This document shows positions 26,334 through 38,619 of a DNA stretch of 64,000 bases, in pieces (position 1 is the stretch's first letter; every line of letters starts with the position of its first letter). Made by a program: the position numbers and the translations under genes. This DNA is from Octopus sinensis (taxonomy: Eukaryota): positions 60,760,001 through 60,824,000 of the forward strand of contig NC_043008.1 in assembly GCF_006345805.1 (NCBI RefSeq), in the 5' to 3' direction. Below the pieces are notes generated by a model. The model was not told the origin of the DNA. It made no database searches and saw only the letters and a list, made by a program, of their open reading frames with translations.

Positions 26334-26784
26334 AATTTTAAATTAATAAATTTTACCCTTCTATTATTAATTTAAAATTACAATTTACTCCATGATGGAA
26401 TACTGCAGTTTTCTGTGGTATTGCTTGTAGCATACACGAGGGTATAGAGTTTGAAAAGTGTATTCACATTCGGCTCTGTAAATTTTGGTTGGATATCTGT
26501 TACATGATGACGTTTGATTGTGCGCCTACTCGGCAATAGCACTTACAAATTTTATAAAAATTGTAAACATTATACTGAAGAGAGAAGTAAAATTTAAATT
26601 ACTTTAATCCCGAAACGCGTATATGCTTAATCCTGGTCGTGTTGATTCATTGCTTTTCTCTTTGCCTTCGTAAAAAACTATGTTTACCGTCATGGAGATT
26701 CTTATTGTAGCAGGAAAGGAATTTTTAACTCCTATTTCTAATTTCGGTATGTGGTGAAGAATTTAGCTGAACCCTAATTATAAT

Positions 26785-26787
<3 letters not shown>
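26334..26787 (+). mobile_element. (TA)n-flanked Penelope-like/retrozyme-like relic
   Basis: Contains an HHR; 26728-26754 matches the palindrome arm 15931-15957 at 24/27 nt. Confidence 0.6.
26571..26625 (+). ncRNA. Type-I minimal hammerhead ribozyme candidate
   Basis: CTGAAGA 26575-81; G..C-closed irregular stem II with AAGTAA/TTACTT; GAAA 26612-15; palindromic stem III ACGCGT; GUA cleavage triplet; short stem I ATA/TAT plus a U-G pair. Confidence 0.6.
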
Positions 26788-26861
<74 letters not shown>

Positions 26862-28467
26862 GATATACATGTGTATATATATATATATCAAATGACTTAA
26901 GGGGAATTAACTCGATGCAACCTGCTTCTTTTCCCAGTCTACACATGCTGTAATATATCTAGTGAACCCCTACGTGATCGTTCTTTCAAGGAGAAACAGC
27001 AAAAGGAAAAAAACACAAAACATTCGCACACAAATCAAATCATTCCGCCCTAAATATGACATGGCTTTCAACGTGGTTCTGAGTTAAAACGTAACTAAAA
27101 GACGGGCTGGTCATAAATAAAATGCATGATACACACACATTATAAATCAGCCTTCTGTTCAGTTACTGTCAACCAGATTTCTATCATAGGAAATTTATCA
27201 AAGTTAATTAAGGTACTTAAGATCGGTTGTAACTCAATTTGTACAGGACTGCTCTTTTCAATAATATATACATGGAAATCGTTATTATATCCATTAAAGC
27301 AAGGAAAAACTTGTGAAGCTTAAGACTTTCTGATAAAAGTGCTTTCGTTTTTAAAATTGTAACCTATGAGGTTACAATTTTCTATCATCTATCATTTTTC
27401 TATCATCGGCACAAATCCTCAAATATTAGAGTTGGGATATCGTCAGTTATATTAACCGCAGTAATTGACGAGCAATTATTTAACAGCCTCGGAAAAGATG
27501 AACGACAAAAACAAATTATGCGTGATTTCAGCTCCCGTAATGTAAAGAGACCTGGAGAGAATTAAATTAACCCTGTTAAAGAGAAATAAATTATATTCCT
27601 TAGAATAATATTGAACGCTACGTATGTCTCAATCATAGTGATTGATTGAGACTAACCTTAATAGCAACAATTTATGGAGAAAATAATAAAAAAAATGTCT
27701 TCTGTCACGTCAGAAGAAAGAAAACGAATGATTGAAATTTACCTAGAATACAGTTAATTGTTCTGGAATAGCAGTGAAAGCAGTTTTCTACAAGTGTTGA
27801 TGGAGTATGTAGACATTTGACTCTCTCTTCTCATCTAGGTAATGCGGAATTTCAGCGACCTGAAAAGTGTGTTCGCGATACTGCGATGAAAACATGTATA
27901 GAAATGTTTGTACTGAAAAGTGTGCTATGTGTGAAAACAAGTGATGGCATTAACTCTAATTTATGCAGAAAAATCTGTGGTTTAAATCGCAGTGCATACA
28001 GAAAGAACTGCTTGACTGTAAGCATTATACATGCTGTCATAAGTGATTGGTTCGTTTAGCAGAATATGTGATTGGGAATGTAAATCGGCTGGTTGATAAA
28101 CCACGACTGTCTCTGACGATAGCTCCAAATCGTGCAAAACTTCTGCTTTTTTCCCATTTTCTTCCCTAAACACTTTTCGTTTTTATATCCTGCATTCCTT
28201 GCTTATCTCCTAATTGACTAGTTATGTGATACGAATGAATGTCACCCATTGATGAGATAACACTTTACATTTTTTACCGTAACTTTGATAATCAACATAC
28301 CTAGCATCATGGTATACTCTGGATATAACTATGTCCTAAACATATCAGCTTTGTTTATTCTCCTCATATTATTTAATGATTAGGTGTCACGCAACCCGTC
28401 GACGAAACAGCAATTACATCCAAGTTGATTTTAGATCTAAGTTCAATTACATCCAAGTTCAACTTAC

Positions 28468-28502
28468 CTGTATATGAGGAATATAACAAGTTAAAATTTT
28501 CA
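28468..28502 (-). CDS. Candidate 35-nt micro-exon
   Basis: Acceptor TTATTTGTTTTTAG and consensus donor CAG|GTAAGT; two frames open (ENFNLLYSSYT or KILTCYIPHIQ). Confidence 0.3.
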
Positions 28503-29196
28503 CTAAAAACAAATAAATACAATAAGGTATTTAAGTCCAATACGGTATCACTTCTACCAATTTACCACTGTCTTGCAACCAAACAATATATCTATATAAA
28601 TGTCACAAAGGTCATAGTTTCTATAAGATGTCTTCTAGTGTCTGCCATGTCTGAAGAACTGTCTCTCTAAAAACAGATAATCGATATCTAATATGCGCTC
28701 ACTGAGCAGAGAATTCCAGCAGAAACAGGATATTGGGGGCGGGGGACATTTTGATGTTCATGCCGATATTAGTAGCTATTAGCTTCAAAACTGAAAGAAA
28801 AAATGGTCTTAAATAAGAAGTTGAAGAACGATCTTGCTTTTATCTCTCATGCGACTAGAGTCGAAAGGCTTCTTGGCTGCTACTTCTGTCTACAACACTC
28901 TCTACTCTTATGAATTAACTAAGGCAGCCTATCCTTATTTCCTCCTCGAATCATGCTCACAATCTCTGGGTGAGGGTACGTAGGAATATATCATTTTGGT
29001 AAAATGCGATACGGTGGCCGAGACAAATATTAAAAGAAAAACATCGAGATATGCCATTACAAAAATATGTTACTGCCCCCTTTTTCAAGCTGACATACAA
29101 TTTAATTATCAATTGAAATAAACATGATAAAAATTGTATATTGCAAGACTACTTGCCGTGTCAATTCAACAAGCTGATGTCTATATATATATATAT

Positions 29197-29851
29197 AATT
29201 AAAAATAATAAGGGTGAAAAATTGAATATTAATTTGATTCATATCAATTTAAAAGCAGTGGTCTAGCATATATAAAATTTGAAGTTTCACAAAATGTTAT
29301 ATTATATACATATAAAAAGGATGTCCTTTTTATATAAGTGGACATCCATTATGCTAGAAGAAGATCCGCTATGGTCTTATCACTAAGAAAGGAATGTTCT
29401 CAAGAAAATTTAGCAAAATTGTATATTTAAATAGCTATGTTCCCTAACCGGCAAAATTCACAGCAGATTATTCTTTTCTGCAGAAATATTTCCGGTAGTT
29501 TGGCGCGCCAAAACGAAAACTTTTGAAAAGTGACCCCATTTGTTATATGCAGAACTGTATACATTTTCAATCTCATGCAGACGTCTCGTGTATAGTTCTG
29601 AAAATTATATTTGCAAAGACGATCACACTGACGAGTTGCGGATAATTACGTAAATGACTACGTAAGCATTAACAACGAAACCTGGTTTGTGATTAATCTA
29701 TATTTTGTACCTTTTCATTTGTCTTGCTCGCTTATGTTCTGGTGTTTGCTAAATTTCCTTGAGAACATTCCATTCTTAGTGGTAAGACCATAGGGGATTT
29801 TCTTCTACCATAATGGATATCCAATTCAGGTCATCCCTTTTATATGTGTAT

Positions 29852-29853
<2 letters not shown>
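29197..29853. mobile_element. (TA)n-flanked element with ~110-bp inverted arms enclosing an HHR
   Basis: 29304-29417 pairs with 29745-29853; HHR in the spacer. Confidence 0.8.
29621..29694 (+). ncRNA. Type-I hammerhead ribozyme, canonical core
   Basis: Stem I ATCACA/TGTGAT (+G-U); CTGACGA 29628-34; stem II GTTG/CAAC capped by a TTACGTA/TACGTAA hairpin; GAAA 29677-80; stem III ACC-T-GGT; GUU triplet (cut after 29687). Confidence 0.78.
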
Positions 29854-29888
<35 letters not shown>

Positions 29889-30480
29889 TGCTTATATATA
29901 TTGATATTGTCCGTTGGAACTGGAAATTATGTTTTTGATGTTAGAAATAGACAATGACAGTTCTTTTATATTATATTCAAAATAAATAATATCATGTCTT
30001 CTTAATGAGTTTCCGAGATTTGGGCAGATAAGAGTAGGAGGAAATATGAAGCAAATGTTACCCTTAGATCCGAAATTTATTCGAAATTATCCACTTAAAG
30101 GATCTAATACCCAAGTATTGATGCTAAATATGGCTTAAGTGTAGCGCTCAAATCTAAAACTTAAATCTCAGTTGAGAAGCATTCATCTCATTGAAGAAGT
30201 TAAGGAGAACTTGATGCAATGACTCATCAGGTTGCACTTAAATTTCCTGTTTAATTAATACAAAAACGAGAAAGGTTCCAGCTGATTGGTTGAACACACG
30301 ATAATTATATTAAAACTTCAATTAGATAAAGCGGTATCAAAGCCCGGCAAGAAATTGGTACTACGTGAATCTGATGGATACAACCTTCCAAAAAGATGGT
30401 GATGCTTTAATATTGATGAAGGCATCGCTTACGCCAGTGTTTAAGTCAGATCATGTTTCTGTTATACTGTTATAGATACA

Positions 30481-30926
30481 AGGCGATGAGATGGCAGAAA
30501 CGTTAGCACGCCGGGCGAAATGCGTAGCCGTATTTCGTCTGCCGTTACGTTCTGAGTTCAAATTCCGCCGAACCTTTCCCGTTTTTGTATTAATTAAACA
30601 GGAAATTTAAGTGCAACCTGATGAGTCATTGCATCAAGTTCTCCTTAATTTCTTCAATGAGATGGATGCTTCTCAACTGAGATTTAAGTTTTAGATTTGA
30701 GCGCTACACTTAAGCCATATTTAGCATCAATACTTGGGTATTAGATCCTTTAAGTGGATAATTTCGAATAAATTTCGGATCTAAGGCTAACATTTGCTTT
30801 TCATCCTTTCGAGGTTGATAAATAAAGTACCAGTTACGCACTGGGGTCGATGTAATCGACTTAATCCCTTTGTCTGTCCTTGTTTGTTCCCTCTATGTTT
30901 AGCCCCTTGTAGGCAGTAAAGAAATA
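30481..30926 (+). mobile_element. SINE family A interrupted by an inverted copy of upstream DNA; 19-bp TSD
   Basis: TSD TATACTGTTATAGATACAA at 30463-30481 and 30927-30945; insert 30570-30797 is the reverse complement of 30051-30278. Confidence 0.92.
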
Positions 30927-31429
30927 TATACTGTTATAGATACAAACCTGTTACCAGTTCAAATATACTAGAACCATATTCGAACCTGTAAGAGGGCCGC
31001 TCACTGAATTTTTTTATGGAGAAAATTTCCTGCTATAGAAAAATTGGTGTAAATACGCTGAGTCAGTTCGAAGTGTCTCCTAAACAGACTGATGGAGGCA
31101 AGCGTTTGACAGTGTTTACCACCTACTCAGCATCATATACCTAAAAGAGAAATGCTACGAACTGACAAGAGATAGATTTCTTTCATTATACTCCCATTAC
31201 CTTACTGTGACTGGTTGCTCTAATTGGCCGATCGCCCGTAAACAAGATACGAAGAATAAGTGTTAAGCAGTGATGTTTATAATACAAACTTGTTACCAGT
31301 TCAAATATGCAGGAGGCATATACGAACCCATGAGTAAGATACTGAGAAGAGATAAGCACTCCGAAATGCATGTATCCATCACTCTGGTTAGCGGGCGCTT
31401 TGAAGTGACTCGGCAAGTTTACACCTATT

Positions 31430-31526
<97 letters not shown>

Positions 31527-31568
31527 TATATATATATTATATATATATATATACACACACACATATAC

Positions 31569-31926
31569 AGGCGTAGCTGCCTGGTAAGAAGCTTGCTTCC
31601 CAACCACATGGTTCCGGGTTCAGTTCACTGCGTCAAACCTTGGGCAAGTGTCTTCTAGTATAGTCTCGAGCTGAACAAAGATTTGTGAGTGGATTTGGTA
31701 GGGGGAAACTGAAAGAAGCCCGTCGTGTAATATTAGTGAGCGTGTGTGTGAGTGTGTTTGTCCACCTCCATCGCTTGAAATTGGTGTGATTACGTCCCCG
31801 TAATCTAGCAGTTCGGCAAAAGAGACCGACTAAATCAGTACTTACCTTACAAAGAGTAAGTCCGGGGATCAGTTTGTTCGGCTAAAGGTAGTGCTCCAGC
31901 ATGGCCGCAGTCAAATGAGCGAAACA
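31569..31926 (+). mobile_element. SINE family B
   Basis: Colinear head-body-tail match. Confidence 0.88.
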
Positions 31927-31994
31927 CATTGACAACGCTAGTTTACGCGAAGATTCAGAGTGAAAATCCATTTAACGTATTTTTAACATTTCGA

Positions 31995-32074
<80 letters not shown>
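31995..32074. repeat. (TATC)20 microsatellite
   Basis: Direct count. Confidence 0.95.
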
Positions 32075-32077
<3 letters not shown>

Positions 32078-33106
32078 GTGTGTGCATGTGTGTGTGTTTG
32101 TGCGTGTGTGTCTGTAGCAAAATGACTGACCATGTCCAGCAATCAAATAACAGGAGCTGCTATGTCATTGGGAAAAAGTTTCCTGGAATTTTGAGCCGCG
32201 GCCAGAACGTCCAGTGTATTCAACCTGAGAGTAAACCTCATTACTACTGAACGAGGTCTTATGAAGGAAATTATGCTAGTTATACTGAGATAAGAGATAG
32301 TTTAGAAACTGTTAATAGATGAATTCATCTGAGTTTGTCAAAGGTATGTACCGTTTGCGTTCAGATGACGCTGACTCTGAAATCAAAGGACAGTGAGAGG
32401 TGATGCGTTAAAGAAAATTTCGTTCTCATACACGTCACCCAGCATCTATTTAAACGGCAATGAATAACACAAGATGAAATTTTTATCAATCATAAAGACC
32501 TGACCTCACAGCGAAAGCACAATCCAGGTGGTAGAAGTGCAATAGATCCTTAAGAATTTCCGAGTTCAAGTCTGACGAGGAATGATTATCTGGACAATTT
32601 TGTACGACTAATGATGTGATTATAATCCATTATATACCACGCAGACACGCATAGGGGACTATATTAATTTGTTTCGAAGAGACGAGATCCTATGCAAACA
32701 AAATGCTGTATGGTGTATTATCCGGTTTCTTGGCAACAAAGCACTTGTTTTTACAGCCAAGATGTCTGTGGCATTCGTGAATATAAGCAAAATTTGACCA
32801 AGCTATCATCATATGATTCTTGAGATGTTGCACTATTTCAAAATGTTAAGAACCTTTTCAAAGACAGACAATAAGTCTGCGGTGAAGAACTGCAGTCGGC
32901 GACTGCGTAGTGATTAGTGAGAAAGATAAGCAATTTAATTGAGATGAGACCGAGCAGCTGTGCAAAAGATCCGAAAATCGTAATAAATTTAACGGTGTGA
33001 ATTGATTTAACAAAACACGTATTATCGAAACACACGCACACACACAGTCATCGCATACATACAGACATACATACATATATACATACAGACATATATATAC
33101 ATATAT

Positions 33107-33167
<61 letters not shown>

Positions 33168-33228
33168 TTCATTTTTGGATTTGGTTTGGCAAGATTCTTT
33201 ATGTGAGTTTGTGAATTGAGGCATATTC

Positions 33229-33397
33229 TGTTGTGCCTGGGGAGAGTCAAGGTTCTCAAGAGTCTCAAGGGTCAAGATTATCGAAAAAGTTGCAAGACGC
33301 ATCAAAAGTTTTAGGAAAATAAAAATAAGTGGAAATTTTACCGGTGAGTGTGTTAAATTATAAAGCACAAAAAGAAAATGACTCCCCAGACACAACA
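33229..33397. mobile_element. Small MITE-like element, ~19-21-bp TIRs
   Basis: TGTTGTGCCTGGGGAGAGTCA versus TGACTCCCCAGACACAACA. Confidence 0.55.
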
Positions 33398-33679
33398 TTA
33401 TATATATATATATATATAAAGAGAGAGATAGAGAGAGAGAGATTACTTGAGGGCACTAGGCGTATTTTAAAACCTGCTTAGATAATACCTTCATGCATGA
33501 AACTATTACTAGCTCATAGTTATATACTGTATTCTGTTTATATATTGAAAGAGTGAGAGAGAGTAACCAAGCAGTTGCCCTCTGGTGCAGTTTTCTTTTG
33601 GCTGGTGGAGAGAAATATATAGCCTTTGGTAAAAATTAAGTTCGTTAAATTGTAGAATCTACGAAAAAAGGAATACATG

Positions 33680-33880
33680 TTGGTTTCAAATTCTGACACA
33701 AAGACAGCAAGTTTGGGTAAGTGTTCGGGTTACATCGGTCCCAGTTTTCAACTGGTATTAGTTTCCGAAAGGATGAAAAGCAAAAATGGACCTTGGTGAA
33801 ATTTGAACTCTGAACATAAAGACGGTCGAAATGCCGCTAAGCATTTGACTCAGCGTGCTAACGATTCTGTCAGCTCACTA
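33680..33880 (-). mobile_element. SINE family A, degenerate
   Basis: GAAAGGATGAAAAGCAAAAATGGACCTTGGTGAAATTTGAACTC...GTGCTAACGATTCTGTCAGCTC. Confidence 0.75.
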
Positions 33881-34909
33881 CGTTTACCTGAAGGAATATT
33901 TATAATTATTTGCAAAGATAAATTTAATCATGTAAAAATGTATAAGATCAAAACATCATCCTATCTTCAGAAGCCTTAGTATCACGGATTTTTTGGTGAT
34001 TTGCCTAGTTTAAAACTTCTAGCATTTCCAGTCAAAACTTTACTGGATCTTCTCTTACCTTAGGCTATGACTTGTGAATTTGTTTTTTTATCTATCGTTT
34101 CTTCTAATTCCGTTCTTGCTTGGTTGCCTTTCTCTCTTGATATCGAAATGTACAAGTTTTCTAATGAAGTTACGATATAAACATAATCCATACATTCGTG
34201 AATTCTAAACTGACTTAAAACCGTTTGAAAGGAAAGATGATTCATGATACAAAAAATCTTTATAGAGAACCGATTGAATGAGAGGAAATTGTTCCGTGGA
34301 TTTCGTCTGCAGAGGAAGTAACTGATCAATAATATTGCTACTCAAAGGCACCTTATCGAAAAGAGCAAGAATTCTTTACTCTTGGAGCTTTTTGCAAAAG
34401 TTAAAGGATTTCGATAAATGTTGATTATTCTGAGTGTTTATCATCCAATTTCTGGGTAGATTAAAAATAATTCTTGTACAAATATCGTGCTTGTTTGACC
34501 TTTATACCCCTATGTCCATTGTTATACTTCTTAATTTGCATTTTGCTGATCGGGTCATTGGGTATGAATTTTTGCCGCAGACCTAGGGACCAAAGGAGGA
34601 CAGAAGCAACGGCGGGGTTGCTCATGGTTACTCTGATTCCAAATATGTAACATTCATTGCGCTAGTTCCCCAGAAGGTTGAATCTAAAAGCCAGGAAGCT
34701 AAGCAGATACATGCACTGAAAACCGCATTTGTTTTTATATAAGTTTATATGGTCCCTAAAACAGTTTCATGGCTCCTTAAAACTTACCAGTTTAGACATC
34801 GCCTTCTTGAATGTTACTGAACACAAGGATCTCTGTATACAAAACGTTACTAGACTGAAGGCACTCAAACAACGATTATTATTATTATAATTGTAATATA
34901 TAAAATTTA

Positions 34910-35095
34910 AAGCGGCGACGTGGCAAAAAGCTTAGCGGCATTTCGTCCGTCTTGATGTTCTAAGTTCAAATTCCACCGAGGTTGACTTCACATTTCATAC
35001 TTTCAGGGTCGACTAAATAAGTATCAACAGAGCAGTGGGGTCGATGTAATCGACTAACGCCCTCCTTCGAAATTGCTGGCCTTGTGTATATGAAA
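34910..35095 (+). mobile_element. SINE family A, degenerate
   Basis: Head, B-box and GGGGTCGATGTAATCGAC motif. Confidence 0.8.
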
Positions 35096-35508
35096 TATAA
35101 GGCATTGCAAGCATGCGTCATTTGACACTGTTCTTTGTACAAATTGGGAAAATTTTCTATCGATATTTTCCAAACGACACTAGCATCAAGTTAACTAGTC
35201 CCCTCACCTAAGCTTAGACTTCCATATCATATGCCTCTTTGCAAAAATCGGGATCGCATCGTATGATATAACACTTTGCATGTACCACAATCGGTTCCTG
35301 TTGTCGTCAATATCATTCTGAAAGAAATACTCATGAATTTAAATATAAAAATTCAAATAAAACCTGGAAAATTCCTTCTAGAAATACCTGATAAATAACC
35401 ATCATTTGGCTATATTTTTTTGTAAAAGAACCTCCTGTCTGCTTACTCGAATGGTTTATGCTCTCACAAAACCAAGCTTTGAAGACAACTTAATGTAGTA
35501 AATAATGT

Positions 35509-35907
35509 AGGCGTAGGAGTTGCTGTGTGGTAAGTAGCTTGCTTACGAACCACATGGTTCCGGGTTCAGTCCCACTACGTGGCACCTTCGGCAAGTATCT
35601 TCTACTATAGCCTCGGGCTGACCAAAGCCTTGTGAGTGCATTTGGTAGGCGGAAACCGAAAGAAGCCCGTCGTATATATGTATGTATATATATAGTTGAT
35701 CCAAACAAGAAAACACAGAAAAAAAGGGAAAAAAAAGAAAAAAACACAGCAACGCAGGACGTGGAACAATTAAAGTATTATTGACGCTCAGGAAAGAAGG
35801 GAAGGAGGGTTTAACGTTTCGAGCGGAGCTCTTCGTCGGAAACAAGGAGAAGGAAAGATCCCAAGGAGGGAAGACAGAGGAGAGAATATTTGAGCTGGTG
35901 GTGCTTA

Positions 35908-35953
<46 letters not shown>

Positions 35954-36140
35954 CTGTCCCCCCAACATCGCTTGACAATCGATGCTGGTGTGTTTACGTC
36001 CCCGTAACTTAGCAGTTAGGCAAATGAGACCGATAGAATAAATACCAGGCTTAGAAAGAATAAGTCCTGGGGTCGATTTGCTCGAATAAAGGCGGTGCTT
36101 CAGCATGGCCACAGTCAAATGATTGAAACAAGTAAAAGAG
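35509..36140 (+). mobile_element. SINE family B carrying a nested family F insertion
   Basis: B head 35509-35692 and B 3' half ~35909-36140. Confidence 0.9.
35693..35908 (-). mobile_element. Family F Penelope-like terminal-repeat fragment with HHR variant
   Basis: Inserted in the B-SINE internal (TA)n; minus strand GTTT-CCGACGA-A-GAGC(TCC)GCTC-GAAAC-GTT-AAAC at 35809-35843. Confidence 0.7.
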
Positions 36141-36711
36141 TAGTAGTCTTTTGTTGGACATCACCTGGTCAAATAAAGGCCAAAATATACCCTAGCTGTG
36201 TATATATCCGAGTATTATAAGATATAACTGAAGCTGTGCAAATATGAAAAGAAATCCAGTCTCAGAAGCGAATTTAGTGGTGCAGGCGTAGCTGTATGAT
36301 TCAGAAACTGGCTTTGCGGCTATGTGGTTTCGGGTTCAATCCTACTATATGGATTATTGGGTGCTGTACACTCGGACCGATTTGTCAGTAAATTTGATAT
36401 ACGGAAATTGTGCGGAAGCCCGTCTTGTGTATATGTGTGTGTGTATATGCGTGCGCGCGTGTGTGCATGCGTGTGTGCTACTGCGTGAAACTTCTACCAC
36501 TTGACAGCCGGAGTTGATTTGCTTTTTTACGTCCTTGTTACTTCGCGGATCTCTCAGCAAATAAATAACACTTAAAAATAGGCACTGGAGTCTATTTGTT
36601 CAACTAAAACCCTTCGATCAAGGTCGCACTTCAATGGCTGAAGTTTTTTATGGGTTTCTCCTTAGATAGAACAGAACGCTTTCGAAACTAAACAGAATCT
36701 TCCACTGTGTC

Positions 36712-36925
36712 GAAGTGCGCGAGCTGGCAAAATAGTTAGCACGCCGAACAAAATGTTTTGCGGCATTTCGTCCGTCTTTACTTTCTGAGTTGAAATTCCA
36801 CCGAGTTCCACTTTGCCTTTCATCCCTTCGGGCTCGGTAAAATAAGTACGAGTTGAACATTAGAGGCGATGTAATCGACTTACACGCTTCCTCGAATTTG
36901 CCGGCTTGTGCCAATGATTTCAAAC
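36712..36925 (+). mobile_element. SINE family A, degenerate
   Basis: GAGCTGGCAAAATAGTTAGCACGCC head and TTTGCCTTTCATCCCTTCGGG. Confidence 0.8.
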
Positions 36926-37242
36926 CAATATTTAGTTTGTCTACATATTTACGCTTTTTCGGTTAATGAATGATTAATTTTTTCCGTTTGAATCGTGTAA
37001 TTTAGCATCATTGAAGGATCGTAATTTTTTTCTTATTTATTCATCCTGAAACTGAATACGATTTTCATAATTAGTACAGGAAATTAAAAATTATGAAGAA
37101 AATTTATATAAACAAATACCTAACTTACCAAAGGAGATTTTGAAGTGCACCTGTCCCCCTCCCCCGCAAGGTTTAAATCCGGTCCTGTCAATGAGTTTAA
37201 GTGAAAAGGTACCAAAAGAATGTACAACTTCAACACAGATAT

Positions 37243-37508
37243 ATGTTCGTATGTATGTTCGTATGTATGTTCGTATGTATGTATGTTCGTATATATGTAT
37301 GTTTGTATATATGTATGTTCGTATGTATGTATGTTCGTATATATGTATGTTTGTATATATGTATGTTCGTATGTATGTATATATGTATGTATGTTCGTAT
37401 GTTCGTATGTATGTTCGTATCTATGTTCGTATGTATGTTCGTGTGTATGTTCATATGTATGTATGTATGTTCGTATGTATGTATGTATGTTCGTATGTAT
37501 GTATGTAT
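37243..37508. repeat. Compound (TATG)n/(TATGTTCG)n minisatellite
   Basis: Directly visible; source of four spurious ORFs. Confidence 0.9.
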
Positions 37509-37566
37509 CGTGTACTATATTTGCTTAGTAAACAACTTAATAATTGTTTTGGAACTGGCCCAGCTA

Positions 37567-37783
37567 TACAAGAGGGTGCTGAAAAGTTCCTGACTGGGTA
37601 AAAAAAATTACAGGAAGATCAGTTAATTATGATTTCAATTACCATATTCCCCTCACAGATTCACTCACTCATTGTAGCACCCTTCAGTTTCTCTAAGACC
37701 TGTAAAAGAACTCGGAAGGCTGAACCCCCAACAAGACCTGTGATGGTAGCCTTAAAGCCAGGAAATTTTCAGCACAACCTCGG
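37567..37783. mobile_element. Mariner-type MITE
   Basis: TA-CAAGAGGGTGCTGAAAAGTTCCTGACT pairs with AGCCAGGAAATTTTCAGCACAACCTCG; mariner-like TIR start. Confidence 0.6.
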
Positions 37784-37965
37784 ATATTAGAGTTGGTGGT
37801 GGGGAATCGATTACACCGTCACCTGTGCTCATCTAGTACTTATTTCATCGTACCTAGAGGAAAGAAACTTAATGTTGAGCACAGTGTGATTGAAACTCGG
37901 AACGTAAAATGCCGGAAGAAATATCGCTAAGTACATTGGTCTGGACGATTCGGACAACTCACAAC

Positions 37966-38364
37966 TCTCTTTTACTCTTTTACCTGTTTCAGTCATGTAA
38001 CTGTGGCCATGCTGGAGCACCACCTTTAGTCAAGCAAATCGACCCCAGGACTTATTCTTTGTAAGCCTAGTAGGTATTTTATCGGTCTCTTTTTTGCCAA
38101 ACCGCTAAGTTACGGGGACGTAAATACACCAGCATCGGTTGTCAAGTGATGTTCGTGGGACAAACACACACACGCCAACACGCACATACATACATATATA
38201 TATACATATATACGACGGGCTTCTTTTAGTTTCCGTCTACTAAATCCACTCACAAGGTTTTGGTCGGCCCGAGGCTATAGTAGAAGACACTTACCCAAGG
38301 TGCCACGCAGTGGGTCTGAACCCGGAACTATGTGGTTCGTAAGCAAGCTACTTACCACACAGTC
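37966..38364 (-). mobile_element. SINE family B, near full length
   Basis: Colinear match. Confidence 0.92.
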
Positions 38365-38455
38365 AGGACAAACTTAATCGAAAATATCTCTATAACTAAC
38401 TACCTACATAATTTGTGACATTCAATGTATGTTGTAGCAACGGAATATATAAATA

Positions 38456-38619
38456 GGTACGTTCTGATTTCAAATTCCGCCGTGGTCGACTTTGCCTTTC
38501 AATCTCTCGGGGTCGATAAATTAAGTACCAGTTACGCACTGGGGTTGATGTAATCGACTTATTTCGTTTGTCTTGTTTGTCCTCTCTGTGTTTAGCCCCT
38601 TGTGGGTAGTAAAGAAATA
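38456..38619 (+). mobile_element. 5'-truncated SINE family A with 14-bp TSD
   Basis: GGAATATATAAATA at 38442-38455 and 38620-38633. Confidence 0.9.

Noticed and set aside
30618-30624. CTGATGA as an HHR core
   Set aside because: No downstream stem II plus GAAA.
34788-34832. 45-nt minus-strand exon (RSLCSVTFKKAMSKL)
   Set aside because: Good donor but weak acceptor; expected by chance in 64 kb.
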